A stretch of 64,000 bases of DNA from Squalus acanthias (GCA_030390025.1 JASTWF010000345.1:62001-126000), one strand, 5' to 3'; shown: positions 12,538-25,360, numbered from the stretch's first letter. Numbers and translations are program-made. The notes: generated by a model from the sequence alone, not told the origin.

Positions 12538-13554
12538 TAGTATGAATCTGTATTGTATTCAAGTGGCCTAAGTTATCTTATGTTCTGGTACTAAAATAAT
12601 GGCATGACATGAGCCTCACCTCTTTATACATCTGTTTACTACCTGTGCATAGTGTACACAAAATAAAATGTTAAAGAAATAATTAGGGGCAACTAGTAAT
12701 CTACACAGCAGTATTTCAATGGAAGTGTATTATTTTCACATGTTTTCACATGTTTAGAATTTGGTGGATTTCATGTGCATTGCATTACATGCACAGAAAT
12801 ACAGGAGTCACTGGGATCACTCTGTGAGGCCCTAATTCTGCTCCAGCAGAGCAATAAGCTAACCTTGCTGATGCCACGAGGCCAGCTCATGAATATCATT
12901 TAAATATGTTCCCTGCACAGCTTAACTATTGCAATGTAAGTGGGAGCATACACAGGGATAAAATATTGGAACCTTTTTAATGGCTCAAAAAATGTTCATA
13001 CAATTTTTCAGTCTTTGCATAGGGTCCACAGAAGGGCAGTTGAAGCCAAAAGGATGGACAACCTAGCGTGGAGGAATCAGATAGAGTCTGTGTGCAAATG
13101 GCAGAGTGACGCTGTCTCTGATCCCTTTTATGATGGCTGGCAAAGTGGACAATCTGTTGCAGAAGGGCACCCTCCCCAGTGCACAATGCCTGCAAGGAGC
13201 TGGTGGGCAGACTGAAAGCTGTCTGCAGTACCTGCATGACCTGGGAACAGATGTAGAAGAAGACTTCAAGGAATATGGTAAGGAAATACGAGCCAACAGT
13301 ATCATGTGCCAAGCAGATGGCAGATGCCACAAAGTGTTGCTTGTCAATCTGTTCTAGATTTATTGCTTGCCCATTCCAAGTCATCATCACACAACCTTAC
13401 AGCTCTTTCATTACAGCTCATGTGGAACTCTAGCTCTGCAGGGCACACTGTCACAGTGTACAACTTGTACAACTTGCCACACTCACACCTTCCAAAAGCT
13501 TCACACAGTAAACCAATCTGACAGAAGCACGATCACTTATTGACAACGACACGA

Positions 13555-13775
13555 ACAGCAACTTGCCTTTAACATTGATAAATGTCCCAAGATGCTTCAC
13601 AGAGGAACAGGGAAAATTGAGGCCAAACCAAAGAAGGAGAGGGAAAAAACAGGAGGGGTTTAAGTAGGGTTTTAAAGGAGGAAAGGGAGGTTGTGAGGCA
13701 GAGGGATTTAGGGAAGGAATTCCAGAGAGTGGGATGTTGGAGCAACTGGAGTGGGGCAGGCAGAGTCAGAGACAT
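13555..13775 (-). mobile_element. L2-like LINE 3' tail fragment
   Basis: Minus strand LWNSFPKSL...SLSSFKTLLK followed by GTGAAGCATCTTGGGAC tail similar to the SINE tail. Confidence 0.5.
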
Positions 13776-13779
13776 GGAG

Positions 13780-13950
13780 ATACAAAAGCAAAATACTGCG
13801 GATGCTGGAAATCTGAAATAAAAACAGAAAATTCTGGAAATTCTAAGCAGTTCAGGCAGCATCTATGGAGAGAGAAACATAGTTAACATTTCAGGTCGAT
13901 GCCCTTTCGTCAGAAGTGGGAAAAGTTAGAGATGTAACAGGTTTTAAGCA
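13780..13950 (-). mobile_element. Penelope pseudo-LTR fragment with degenerate hammerhead (13881-13917)
   Basis: Matches 15812-15950 (AGCAAAATACTGCGGATGCTGGAAATC...). Confidence 0.75.
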
Positions 13951-14033
13951 CGTACCGGCCGAGCAGGTTCAAATTTTCCTCCTAGACTCCATATATTGTC
14001 CCTCATACAAATCCAAGTAACTCTGATATTTCA

Positions 14034-14380
14034 TTTTTTTTTAAATTTGTTCATGGGATGTGGGCGTCGCTGGCAAGGCCAGCATTTATTGCCCATCCCT
14101 AATTGCCCTCGAGAAGGTGGTGGTGAGCTGCCTTCTTGAACCGCTGCAGTCCGTGTGGTGAAGGTACTCCCACAGTACTGTTAGGGAGGGAGTTCCAGGA
14201 TTTTGACCCAGCGACGATGAAGGTTCGGCGATATACTTCCAAGTCAGGATGGTGTGTGACTTGGAGGGGAACTTGGAGGTTGCGCCTGCTGCCCTTGTCC
14301 TTCTAGGTGGAAGAGGTCGTGGGTTTGGGAGGTGCTGCCGAAGAAGCCTTGGCGAGTTGCTGCAGTGCATCTTGTAGATG
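14034..14380 (-). mobile_element. 3' fragment of the tRNA-headed LINE family
   Basis: Collinear with 44138-44480 and the reverse complement of 31595-31948. Confidence 0.85.
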
Positions 14381-15247
14381 TATATGTTGTTGAAAGAGCA
14401 ATGGCAGAAAGGTACAGCCCTCCTATGATGTAACCTCTGTTCCTCCTCCTCTTTGTTTTCCTCCAAATAGAAAGAGATTCCTTAAGGACACCCGTTGTCC
14501 CAAGAAGTCACTGTAACCAAAAGTGGATGCACCAAAAATTAGGGTACAAACCTCAATCACAGGGCTAGCCAAAAAAAAGTGGGGGGAAAACTACAAAAAG
14601 TATCAAAAGCAACATTGAAAACAACTGTGATTTGCAGGCTGTCTCTTTAAATAACTTTATATTGAGCGGTGCAGCTTTACTGCCTAACTGCCCAATTCAT
14701 ATGGCAAAGTTAGGAAGCAGTTTACTTCTGATCACAAAAAGGCCGTAAAATGGTATCCGTATCTACATGATTCATGGGGCATTACAGAGATGGAAATAAT
14801 TTCCGGCGTCAAATTGTATCGGATAACAAATCTAGTTAAAAGAACATATTTGGATACTTGAACTGGAATACATAGCTTCTTAAGAAGAAAATGTAAACTT
14901 CAACTATTTCTTATTGTTGTGCTGACTTCACTTCTTGCCTGATTACTCCTAAATTGATTGCCTTTGTTGTAGTCTGAAAAGAATAGCTAACATCAAAAGT
15001 TCCTTTTAAGTTAGATCTTTCCAACTTTCTTTAAACCTATGGAGTAACCTGCTGACTTTCAAACTTCAAAGTCTGCTGCTGTGACTGCTTTGAAAATTAT
15101 ATATTAAATTTTATAACATATAATGAAAAATCTGTATGGCCCAACACAGCAAGCATTTACATATTTATTCAATATACTGGTCTCATGTTATCCATGAAGA
15201 GCATTAACGTCTGTTTGTTAAGTGTATTATTTAATTTTACCTTTTGA

Positions 15248-15805
15248 CATAGGAAGTAGCAATAAGAGTAGCCATTCAGCCCATTGAGCCTGTTTTGCCA
15301 TTCTATTAGATCATGGCTGATCTGTACCTCAACTTTATTTATTCACTTTTGCACCATATTCCTTGATACTCTTACCTAACAAAAATCGATCAATCTCAGT
15401 CTTGAAAGTTTCAATTGTCCCAGCATCCATATACTTTTGGGTGAAAGAATTCCAGATTTTTACTACTTTTTGTGTGAAAAAATGCTTCCTGATTTCACTC
15501 CTAATTGGGCTAGCTCCAATTGTAAGATTGTGCCCTTTTTCTGGATTCCCCCACTAGAAGAAGTAATTTTTCTGTATCTACGCTATTGTACCCTAGATCA
15601 TTTTAAGAACCTCAATTAAATCACCCCGCAACCTTCTAAATTTAAGAGAATACAAATCCTTTATGCAACCTGTCCTCATTAACTCTTTAAGCTCCGGTAT
15701 TATTCTGTTGAATTCCCTTGAAGGCCAATATATCTTTCCTGAAGTCCAATGCCCAAAACTGAACACAGTGCTCCACATGGGGTCTGACCAAGGCTTTGTA
15801 CAACT
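15248..15805 (-). mobile_element. CR1 LINE 3' fragment
   Basis: LYSLKFRRLRGDLIEV on the minus strand plus CR1 3' UTR. Confidence 0.8.
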
Positions 15806-16432
15806 GATACGATAGCAAAATACTGCGGATGCTGGAAATCCGAAATAACAACAGAAAACGCTGGAAAAACTCAGCAGGCCAGACAACATCCGTGGAGAGA
15901 GAAAGAGAGTTAACGTTTCAGGTCGATGACCTTTCGTCAGAACTGGAAAGAGCCGGAAATCAAATAGATTTAAGGCCAGGACAAAGCTGGGAAAAGGGGG
16001 AGGGGATAAAAGAACAAAGGGGGAGATGAAGAGACATTAAGAGACATTAAGAGATATGCAATGCGAGAGGTGGTGTTAATGTGACAGGTTAAGGCTGAAA
16101 GAAGTGTGAAATCCACTGGCAGAATGAAGGACAGCTGCCAGCTTCTAGGAGGAAAATAAAAAGTGGGGGGGGGGGCCAAATAAAAGGGTGGATGAAAAAA
16201 TAAAATATAAATGTGATTGGAGCTGAGGTTATGATCTAAAATTGTTGAACTCGATATTGAGTCCAGAGGGCTGTAGCGTGCCTAAACGAAAGATGAGGTG
16301 CTGTTCCTCGAGCTTACGCTGCGCTTCCGTGGAACAGTGTAATAGGCCGAAGACGGTGAGGTCAGAGTGGGAGTGAAGCGGTGAATTAAAGTGACAGGCG
16401 ACCGGGAGCTCGGGGTCCCCCTTACGGACTGT
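15806..16432 (-). mobile_element. Penelope-like element, 3' part (GIY-YIG C-terminus plus pLTR)
   Basis: PVACHFNSP..QRKLEEQHLIFRLGTLQPSGLNIEF; near-identical to 20410-20990. Confidence 0.9.
15908..15944 (-). ncRNA. Minimal hammerhead ribozyme in Penelope pLTR
   Basis: AGTT-CTGACGA-A-AGGTC(ATC)GACCT-GAAA-C-GTT-AACT. Confidence 0.7.
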
Positions 16433-17984
16433 ACAACTGATGCCTGTAAGTGGTTTGTGCCCCTTGCCCACATTAACGGTTGGGTGCTGCGGATTCCCCA
16501 CCCACTACACGCCCATTTTGGGCACAGGTTGAGAATCATCCCTGGGTCTCTATTTTCTAATTGCTATGAAGTAGTCAGGATCACATGATTCATAAAGTCA
16601 CAGGTCAGATAAAACTCCTTCCATATTATTTTACTTCCTCTGTATCAAGTTTATAGAAACCAATCTAAAACCTCAGGAAAACATAGTCAGAAAGGGCCTG
16701 ATTTTTAATATTCACTATTCACAATTGTGAATTTTAGTTTTAGACTTGTGGGAATGCATCATTTTATTCAGTGCTTGTACTGGAAGCTCAGGTGTGTTAG
16801 AATGCTGTAAAAGTAATGTGCAATTTTTCAGCCAATCGAAAAGTGTCTGAATAAATACTGCTAAACTAGCAAAATGGTCACTTAACTAGAATAAATAGTA
16901 GTCTGCGTGCAAGTTCAGCTGTGGAGTATATAATTTCAGGCAGCAATGGGGAACAGTCAGACAATGGAAAGCAAGATCAAGTTCTGACGGTCACTGTTGA
17001 CCATATCGGGGCACAGAGAGCTGCTCGGTATGGGGCAGAGGCCAAACCACTAATAATAAGAGGGTGAAACAGGTGCGTGAAGTCATCGCCCTAGCTATCA
17101 AGGTGGATCACAAAGCAGCAAAACCTGAAGGGATATCTGAAAGTATGTGTTTTCCTTGGAGAGAACTGCAGTGGTGAGGAATGAGAATGACTGTGAAAAA
17201 ATGTAGCCTGACGTATATATAGCCTGCCATACTGTGCGCCCAAGTGCCTCCTGCATCTCGGCCTGCGGTGCCTCAGTGAGAGTATTCACAGCCATCTTAC
17301 CACTGCAGGCCTGAGCTCTCCCCTGCAAGTGCATTGATTTTGAATGCTACTCAAGGGCAGCCGACAGAGCAGGGAACCTTTGCTTCAAGTAGTGCCATAT
17401 TGTAAGAAGCCACTCTTGCCAATCAAAGTAGGTTGCAGAAGCCCGACAAGTCTGCTTGAATACCTTAGTAAACTTAAATTGATTTAGCAATCAGTTACAA
17501 AGGCAACACGAGGGGAGTTGGTAGTGAAGATGGTTGATAACTAATACAACTTGCCAAAGGACTGACTTATTATTCACACATGCAGCTGATAATTGAAATG
17601 GTCTCAGTCAGCTCTCAAACATTCTACAGCAAGGCACTTTGCAATAAGCTATGTATAAAGATTTAAAACTATGTTAAGCACAAATTATCTGTTGATGCTA
17701 TCTATATTTTTCTGCTTTACATACAAAAGAGCATACAAGCAGGTACACTAAGTACAGCGGAGGGGGTTGGGAGGGGAGGAGTCTCGGCGGGCAAACCACT
17801 CACCCTCTTCAAAAAAACAATGACAGTCATCGGATGGAGATAGTACAAGCTGGAGGAGAGGAACATTTTCTTGGTTTGTACAACTGGCCTGATATATCTT
17901 TTGTGTGCAATGATTTTACAGTAGGTGTGAAGTAATGAATGAGTTGTGCTGTGAAATGTCTCATATCCCATGTGTTCTTTGTGC

Positions 17985-19420
17985 AACACAGGTTAGCAAG
18001 ACCATAAAAAAAGCAAACCAAGCATTAGGGTTTATTTCTAGAGGGATAAAATTGAAAAGTAGGGAAGTTATGCTAAACCTGCATCGAACCTTGGTTAGAC
18101 CATACTTAGAGTACTGCGTACAGTTCTGGTGGCTTATCTACTTTAAGTACAACCAGCCTTTCTAGTACCTCCTCTTTATCAATTTTTATCCCATCTAGTA
18201 TCTCAACTACCTCCTCTTTCACTATGACTTTGGCAGCATCTTCTTCCTTGATAAAGACAGATGCAAAGTACTCATTTAGTACCTCAGCCATGCCCTCTGC
18301 CTCCATGCGTAGGTCTCCTTTTTGGTCACTAATCAGCCCCACCCCTCCTGTTACTACCCATTTACTATTTATTTGCCTATAGAAGACTTTTGGATTCCCT
18401 TTTATGTTAGCTGCCAGTCTATTCTCATACTCTTTGACCCTCTTATTTCCTTTTTCACTTTTCCTCTGAACTTTCTATATTCAGCCTGGTTCTCACTTGT
18501 ATTCTCAACCTGACATCTGTCATACACCCCCTTTTTCTGCTTTATCTTACTCTCTATCTCTTTCGTCATCCAGGGAGCTCTGACTTTGGTTGCCCTACCT
18601 TTCCCCCTCGTGGGAATGTACCTCGACTGTACCCGAACCATCTCCTCATTAAAGGCAGCCCATTGTTCAATTACAGTTTTACCTACCAATCTTTGATTCC
18701 AATTTACCCGGGCCAGATCTGTTCTCAGCCCACTGAAATTGGCCCTCCTCCAATTAAGTATTTTTACTCTAGATTGCTCCCTATCCTTTTCCATAGCTAA
18801 TCTAAACCTTATGATACTATGATCACTGTTCCCTAAAAGTTCCCCTACTGACCACACTTGCAGTACTGCGTACAGTTCTGGTCGCCATATTATAAAAAGG
18901 ATATAGAGGCACTGGAGAGGGTACAGAGAAGATTTACAAGGATGATACCAGAAATGCGAGGGTATACATATCAGGAAAGGATGAACAGGCTGGGTCTCTT
19001 TTCTCTTGAAAATAGAAGGCTGAGGGGTGACCTAATAGAGGTCTTTAAATTTATGAAAGGTTTTGATAGAGTGGATACAGAGAGAATGTTTCCATTTGTG
19101 GGGAAGAGCATAACTAGAAGCCATCAATATAAGATAGTCACCAATAGGGAATTCAGAAGAAACTTCTTTACCCAAAGAGTAGTGAGAATGTGGAACTCGC
19201 TACCACAGAGAGTGGTTGAAGCGAATAGTATAGATGCATTTAAGGGGAGGCTAGACAAGCATATGAGGCAGCAGGGAATAGAGGATTATGCTGATAGATT
19301 TAGATGAGGAAAGATGGGAGGAGGCTCGAGTGGAGCATAAATACCAGCATGGATTGGTTGGACTGAATGGCCTGTTTCTGTGCCGTATATCCTATGTAAT
19401 CCTATGTAATTCTATGTAAC
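17985..19420 (+). mobile_element. CR1 3' portion containing an inverted upstream segment (18131-18857, minus)
   Basis: Plus strand [23 protein letters not shown]; minus-strand LGNSDHSII..VLNEYFASVF; (ATCCTATGTA)-type tail. Confidence 0.88.
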
Positions 19421-19424
19421 CATA

Positions 19425-19646
19425 ATCTTTGGAATTCTCTACCCCAGAGGGCTGTGGAGGCTCAGTCATTGGGTATATTCAAAACAGAAGTTGATAGATT
19501 TCTGACTGGTAAAGGCATCAAGGGATATGGCGATAGGGCCGGTGAATGGAGTTGAGGCAGAAGATCAGCCATGATCTCATTGAATGGCGGAGCAGGCTCG
19601 AAGGGCCGAATGGCCTACTCCTGCTCCTATTTCTTATGTTCTTATG
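19425..19646 (+). mobile_element. CR1 3' end fragment
   Basis: Matches 37780-38000; ends TTCTTATGTTCTTATG. Confidence 0.85.
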
Positions 19647-20471
19647 GCAAAATTTGTGCCTGTACTTATCATGTGCAGGCGGATGTGAGAGTTAAAGAAT
19701 GATTGGCAGCTGCTGAACAGAGGCTCATTGTCACAAAAGTCCCATCGAGTCGCTTTGTAATTCAAACTTCACAGGGCCACTTACGACATAAAAGATACTT
19801 CAGGAGCACAAATGGGCGCACAAGTCATTTGCCTCACCGAGCAGAGGAATGATGTAAGCGGTTGGTATGAAATCAAGGAATGTCTTGCAGCAAAGGTTCT
19901 CCAGCTCTGTCGACTGCCCTTGAGTAGCATTCAAAATCAATGCACTTGCAGGGGAGAGCTCAGGCCTGCAGTGGTAAGATGTTTGCAGCACCCCTCGTGA
20001 ATACTCTCACTGATGCACCACAGTCCAAGATGCAAGGGGCACTTGGGAGCACGATAGGGCCAGCCATTGGGTAACAGTCTGTGTTGGAGCAGATCAGTTG
20101 CTGATAATGAGGGCTCAGCCTCCAGTAGGGGGCTGCTGGCAGAAACACAGGTGGAAGGCTCTCAAACTGCTGCCAGTCGCTTGCCTGTAGCTGCCTCTAG
20201 AGGTCCTCAAGAGCAAGCAGGCCCTCGCAGCCAAAATAAGACAGACTATTTTTGACACACGCAGAGGACCATCAGAGTCTGCAACACATAGATGTAGGCA
20301 GCCAGCTGAATCCCAAGCAGGTCCTCAGTAGACCTCTCAGGAACCCGACAAGCAATAATGCTTCCAGCAATATATCACATAGAAGTAAGTAAAGTAGAAT
20401 AACCATGTATAACAACAGAAAACGCTGGAAAAACTCAGCAGGCCAGGCAGCATCCGTAGAGAGAGAAAGAG

Positions 20472-20508
20472 AGTTGACGTTTCAGGTCGATGACCTTTCA
20501 TCAGAACT
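20472..20508 (-). ncRNA. Minimal hammerhead ribozyme in Penelope pLTR (GUC site)
   Basis: AGTT-CTGATGA-A-AGGTC(ATC)GACCT-GAAA-C-GTC-AACT. Confidence 0.75.
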
Positions 20509-20784
20509 GGGAAGAGCTGGAAATCAAATAGATTTAAGGCCAGGGTAAAGCTGGGAAAAGGGGGAGGGGATAAAGGAACAAAGGAGGAGATGAAGAGACA
20601 TTAAGAGACATTAAGAGATATGCAAGGCTAGAGGTGGTGTTAATGTGACAGATTAAGGCTGAATGAAGTGTGAAATCCACTGGCAGAATGAAGGACAGCT
20701 GCCAGCTTCTAGGAGGAAAAAAAAGGTGGGGGGGACAAATAAAAGGGTGGATAAAATAAAATATAAATGTGATTGGAGCTGAGG

Positions 20785-21531
20785 TTATGATCTAAAATTG
20801 TTGAACTCGATATTGAGTCCAGAGGGCTGTAGCGTGCCTAAACGAAAGATGAGGTGCTGTTCCTCGAGCTTACGCTGAGCTTCCGTGGAACAGTGTAATA
20901 GGCCGAGGACGGTGAGGTCAGAGTGGGAGTGAAGCGGTGAATTAAAGTGACAGGCCACCGGGAGCTCGGGGTCCCCCTTACGGACTGAACGGAGGTGTTC
21001 CGCAAAGCGGTCACCCAATCTGCGTTTGGTCTCCCCAATGTAGAGGAGTCCACATCGTGAGCAGCGAATACAGTATACTAAATTGCAGGAAGTACAAGTA
21101 AATCGCTGTTTCACCTGGAAGGGGTGTTTGGGGCCCTGGACAGTGGGAAGAGGGGAGGTATAAGGGCATGTGTTGCATCTCCTGCGCGTGCACGGGAAGG
21201 TGCCGGGCGAAGGGGAAGGGGTGCTGGGGGTGGTAGAGGAGTGGACTAGGGTGTCGCGGAGGGAGCGGTCCCTGCGGAATGCTGAAAGGGGAGGTGAGGG
21301 GAAGATGTGTTTGGTGGTGGGATCACGCTGGAGGTGGCGGAAATGGCGGAGGATGATCCGTTGAATGTGGAGGCTGGTGGGGTGAAAGGTGAGGGCAAGG
21401 GGAACCCTATCGTGGTTCCGGGAGGGAGGGGCAGGGGTGAGGGCAGATGTGCGGGAGATAGAACGGACACGGTCGAGGGCCGTGTCGACCACGGTAGAGG
21501 GGAATCCTCGGTTGAGGAAAAAGGAAGACAT
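20785..21531 (-). CDS. Penelope C-terminal region: RT thumb/linker, Cys-rich motif, GIY-YIG endonuclease (truncated, open for 248 codons)
   Basis: FLNRGFP, PCTRRRCNTC, NLVYCIRCSRCGLLYIGETKRRLGDRFAEH, GLNIE. Confidence 0.88.
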   Translation of the reverse strand: MSSFFLNRGFPSTVVDTALDRVRSISRTSALTPAPPSRNHDRVPLALTFHPTSLHIQRIILRHFRHLQRDPTTKHIFPSPPLSAFRRDRSLRDTLVHSSTTPSTPSPSPGTFPCTRRRCNTCPYTSPLPTVQGPKHPFQVKQRFTCTSCNLVYCIRCSRCGLLYIGETKRRLGDRFAEHLRSVRKGDPELPVACHFNSPLHSHSDLTVLGLLHCSTEAQRKLEEQHLIFRLGTLQPSGLNIEFNNFRS

Positions 21532-21789
21532 GTCGGAAGCACTGGTATAGCAGTATTTTGCTATAGAATAACCATGTAGCAGTCAAACATACACCACAAG
21601 GAATAAACACAGTAGAACATCACATTAAACACACACTACACTGTCACCATTATTTTCTATAAAGACACAAGTCATCACCGTATATTTTGAAATCATAGTT
21701 TTTTTTCCAGATTTACATTTTCCATATAAGCAGCAGTAGCAATGAAAGGCCATTTGCATCCTGGTCCTCGTGGCTTGTTGCTGATCCTC

Positions 21790-24160
21790 AACTACAAAAA
21801 GGCGCGCCTTCTTTCCACGTCTATATTGTGTAGCATGTCACACACACCACTACTATTCTGCCAACACTGTACATTTTGTAATGTACCGCCCCAGTAAAAT
21901 AGTTATTTCAGCATGCCAAATATGCGCTTGACAAAATCCCTCCCTCTCACATTTGTTTCATTGTAGGCTGTTTGTTTTGAATTTAAGCCATGTTTTTATC
22001 GGTTAACTGATATCTCTGAGGAACAAACTGTGCAATCTGTTGTCAGTCGGGAATCCAGTACTTTCTTAAGATAATGAATTGTGGACACTCCCTAGAAACT
22101 TAGAGACATACAGATGCTCACAGACCATTTAGATATTCATGGAGTGTTTTCCTTTGCTGTAGATGTTGCACAGATGCTTGAATGGCCACATAGGCGGGTG
22201 CAGTCATTGTGCTTTGTACCAGATAGTAAGAGCTTCTACAGGTATATAAAAAGGAAGAGGGTAGCTAAAGTAAACATTGGTCCCTTAGAGGATGAGACTG
22301 GGGAATTAATAATGGGGAACAGGGAAATGGCAGAGGCTCTGAACAAATATTTTGTATCTGTCTTCATGGTAAAAGACACTAACAACATCCCAATAATGGA
22401 TAATCAAGGGGCCACAGGGAGGGGGGAACTAAAGACAATTGCTATCACTAAGGAAATAGTACTTGGTAAAATAATGGGACTAAAAGACGACAAGTCCCCT
22501 GGACCAGATGACCTGCATCCCAGGGTCTTAAAAGAAGTGGCTGCAGAGATAGTGGATGCATTGGTTGCAATATACCAAAATTCCCTGGACTCTGGCGAGG
22601 TCCCAGCGGATTGGAAAACCGCAAATGTAACACCCCTATTTAAGAAAGGAGGGAGACAGAAAGCAGGAAACTATAGATCAGTTAGCCTAACATCTGTCAT
22701 TGGGAAAATGCTGGAGTCCTTCATTAAGGAAGCAGTAGCAGGGCATTTGGAAAATCATAATGCAGTCAGGCAGAGTCAGCATGGTTTTATGAAAGGGAAA
22801 TCATATTTAACAAATTTGCTGGAGTTCTTTGAGGATGTAATGAGTAGGGTGGACAAAAGTGAATCAGTAGATGTGGTGCATTTGGATTTCCAGAAGGCAT
22901 TCGATAAGGTGCCACATAAAAGGTTACTGCATAAGATAAGAGCTCACAGAATTGGGGGTAATATATTAGCATGGATAAAGAATTGGCTAACTAACAGAAA
23001 CCAGAGAGTTGGGATAAATGGGTCATTTTCCAGTTGGCAAATGGGAACTAGTGGGGTGCCACAGGGATCGGTGCTGGGACCTCAACTATTTACAATCTAC
23101 ATTAATGACTTGGATGAAGGGACCAAGTGTAATGTAGCCAAGTTTGTAGATGATACAAAGATGCATGGGAAAGCAAGTTGTGCAGAGGACTCAAAGAATC
23201 TGCACAGGGATATAGACAGGCTAAGTGAGTGGGCAAACATTTGGCAGATGGAGTATAATGTGGGAAAGTGCGAGGTTATACACTTGGGCAGGAAAAATAA
23301 AAAAGCAAATTATTATTTAAATGGAGAGATTACAAAATGCTACAGTTCAGAGGAACTTGGGGGTCCTTGTGCATGAAACACAAAAAGTTAGCATGCAGGT
23401 ACAGCAAGTAATCAAAAAGGCAAATGGAATGTTGGCCTTTATTGCAAAGGGGTTGGAGTATAAAAACAGGGAAGTCCTGCTACAACTTTACAGGGTATTG
23501 GTGAGACCACACCTTGAGTACTGTGTACAGTTTTGGTCTCCTTATTTAAGGAAGGATATACTTGCATTGGAGGCAGTTCAGAGACGATTCACTAGGTTAA
23601 TTCCAGAGATGAGGGGGTTGACTTATGAGGAAAGGTTGAGCAGGCTGGGCCTATACTCATTGGAATTCAGAAGAATGAGAGGTGATCTTATTGAAACATA
23701 TAAGATACTGAGGGGGCATGACAAGGTAGATGTAGAGAGGATGTTTCCCTTCGTGGGGATATCTAGAACGCGGGGGCACAGTTTTAGAATAAAGGGTCAC
23801 CCATTTAGAACTGAGATGAGGAGGAATTTCTTATCTCAGAGGGTTGTAAATCTGTGGAATTCTCTGCCCCAGAGAGCTGTGGAGGCTGGGTCATTAAATA
23901 CATTTAAGGTGGAGATAGACAGATTTTTGCAAGATAAGGGAGTGAAGGGTTATGGGGAGCGGGCAGGGAGGTGGCTTTGAGCCCAAGATCAGCCATGATC
24001 TTATTGAATGGCGGAGCAGGCTCAAGGGGCCAAGTGGCCTAATCCTGCTCCTATTTCTTATGTTCTTATGTTCTTAGGAATGCCACATCTTTCAAAAAAC
24101 CCTGCATACCTCTCTGGTCCTGCTGAATCCTGATGCTGAATTTAGTGTAATGTAATGCAA
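21790..24160 (-). pseudogene. Old Harbinger transposase on the minus strand, split by a CR1 insertion (pieces about 24160-24077 and 22219-21790)
   Basis: QGFLKDVAF | VQS..DCT, KGKHSMNI.MVCEH, KFLGSVHNS, VKRIFGMLK, GRIVVVCDMLHNI read across frameshifts. Confidence 0.65.
22220..24076 (+). mobile_element. CR1 LINE, 5'-truncated ORF2 (RT), one frameshift near 23330
   Basis: [36 protein letters not shown]; (TTCTTATG)n tail. Confidence 0.95.
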
Positions 24161-24640
24161 CATCCCCAGCATTGAAGCTTTGACCACGCTCGATCGGCTC
24201 TGATGGACGGGCCACATCGTCCGCATGCCAGATAAGAGACTCCCAAAACAAGCGCTCTACTCAGAGCTCTGACACGGCAAGAAAGCCCAAGGTGGGCAGA
24301 GGAAATGCTTCAAGGACACCCTCAAAGCCTCCTTGAAAAAGTACAACATCCCCACCGACACCTGGGAATCCCTGGCCCAAGACCACACAAAGTGGAGGAG
24401 AAGCGTCCGGGAAGGCGCCGAACACCTTGAGTCTCTTCGCCGGGAGCAAGTGGAAGCCAAGCGCAAACAGTGGAAGGAGCGCACGTCAACCCAGTTACCC
24501 CACCCCCTTGCCCCTTCAACCACCTGTGACAGGGACTCTAGGTCCCGCATTGGACTCATCAGTCACCTGAGAACTAATTTTTAGTGTGGAAGCAAGTCAT
24601 CCTCGGTTCTGAGGGACTGCCTAAGAAGAAAAAGAAGAAT
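24155..24640 (+). mobile_element. RTE-clade LINE 3' end
   Basis: WTGHIVRMPDKRLPKQALYSEL..GGQRKCFKDTLKASLK..WESLAQD..SRIGLISHLRT; (AAG)n tail. Confidence 0.88.
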
Positions 24641-24654
24641 GTAATGTTCATAAT

Positions 24655-25070
24655 GTAAAAGAAAGAAGTTGCTATATATCTCGCCATTTCACAACCGCAG
24701 GACATTCCAACGTGCTTCACAATGTATAGATTACTTTTGAAATACAGTCACTGTTATTATGTAGGCAAACACCACAGTCAATTTATACACAGAGAGGTCC
24801 CATAGCAGTAACTGAAATGAATGACCAAATAATCTGTTTTTTATGGTGTTGGTTGAGGGAGAAATGTTGACCAGGACAGTAGGAGAACTCCCTGATCTTC
24901 TCTGAATAGTTTTCCTCTACCTGAGTAGGCAGATGGCTACTCAGCTTGATGTCTCATCTGAAAGAAAGCACCTCAGAAAATACAATGATCCTTCTGAGCT
25001 GCACTGAGGTGTCAACCAAGATTATATGTTCAAGTCCAGAGTGGTGCTTCTTACCAATTGAACCAAGCTG
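24655..25070 (-). mobile_element. Degenerate DeuSINE-like SINE
   Basis: Collinear with 5519-5950. Confidence 0.7.
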
Positions 25071-25360
25071 ACGATGCAGTCATAGAATGCTGAAACAGAG
25101 CATTGATCAAGATTGTTCCAATTAGTAAATGTAGGCATACACAGACCCTTAATTTTAGATTTTGGTCTATATTGAAATGCTTTGCCAGGCCAAAAGGTTT
25201 TTTTCGAAGTGAAATAAAGTTGTAACAGACGGTCTTTCACTGATAAGTTGACATGGAATGTGCTTAATGTGCTTTCCTAAAAGGCTGCAAACATGGTTGT
25301 GACTGCAGGGGGTAGTCAAAGAAACAGAGATAAACAAACCCCCTTAGATTTGCAGACATT

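Larger units (their letters stand above)
20410..21563 (-). mobile_element. Penelope-like retroelement, 5'-truncated, young
   Basis: 15-bp duplication TAGAATAACCATGTA at 20395-20409 and 21564-21578; short inverted pLTR piece at 21550-21563; open GIY-YIG ORF. Confidence 0.92.

Noticed and set aside
13040..13290. Possible degenerate Myb/SANT exon (TWEQ.CRRR.F followed by GTAAGG)
   Set aside because: Needs several frameshifts; too weak to call without an alignment
22114..22219. Novel N-terminal extension on the 420-aa RT ORF
   Set aside because: Chance open frame on the antisense strand of an old Harbinger transposase upstream of a truncated CR1
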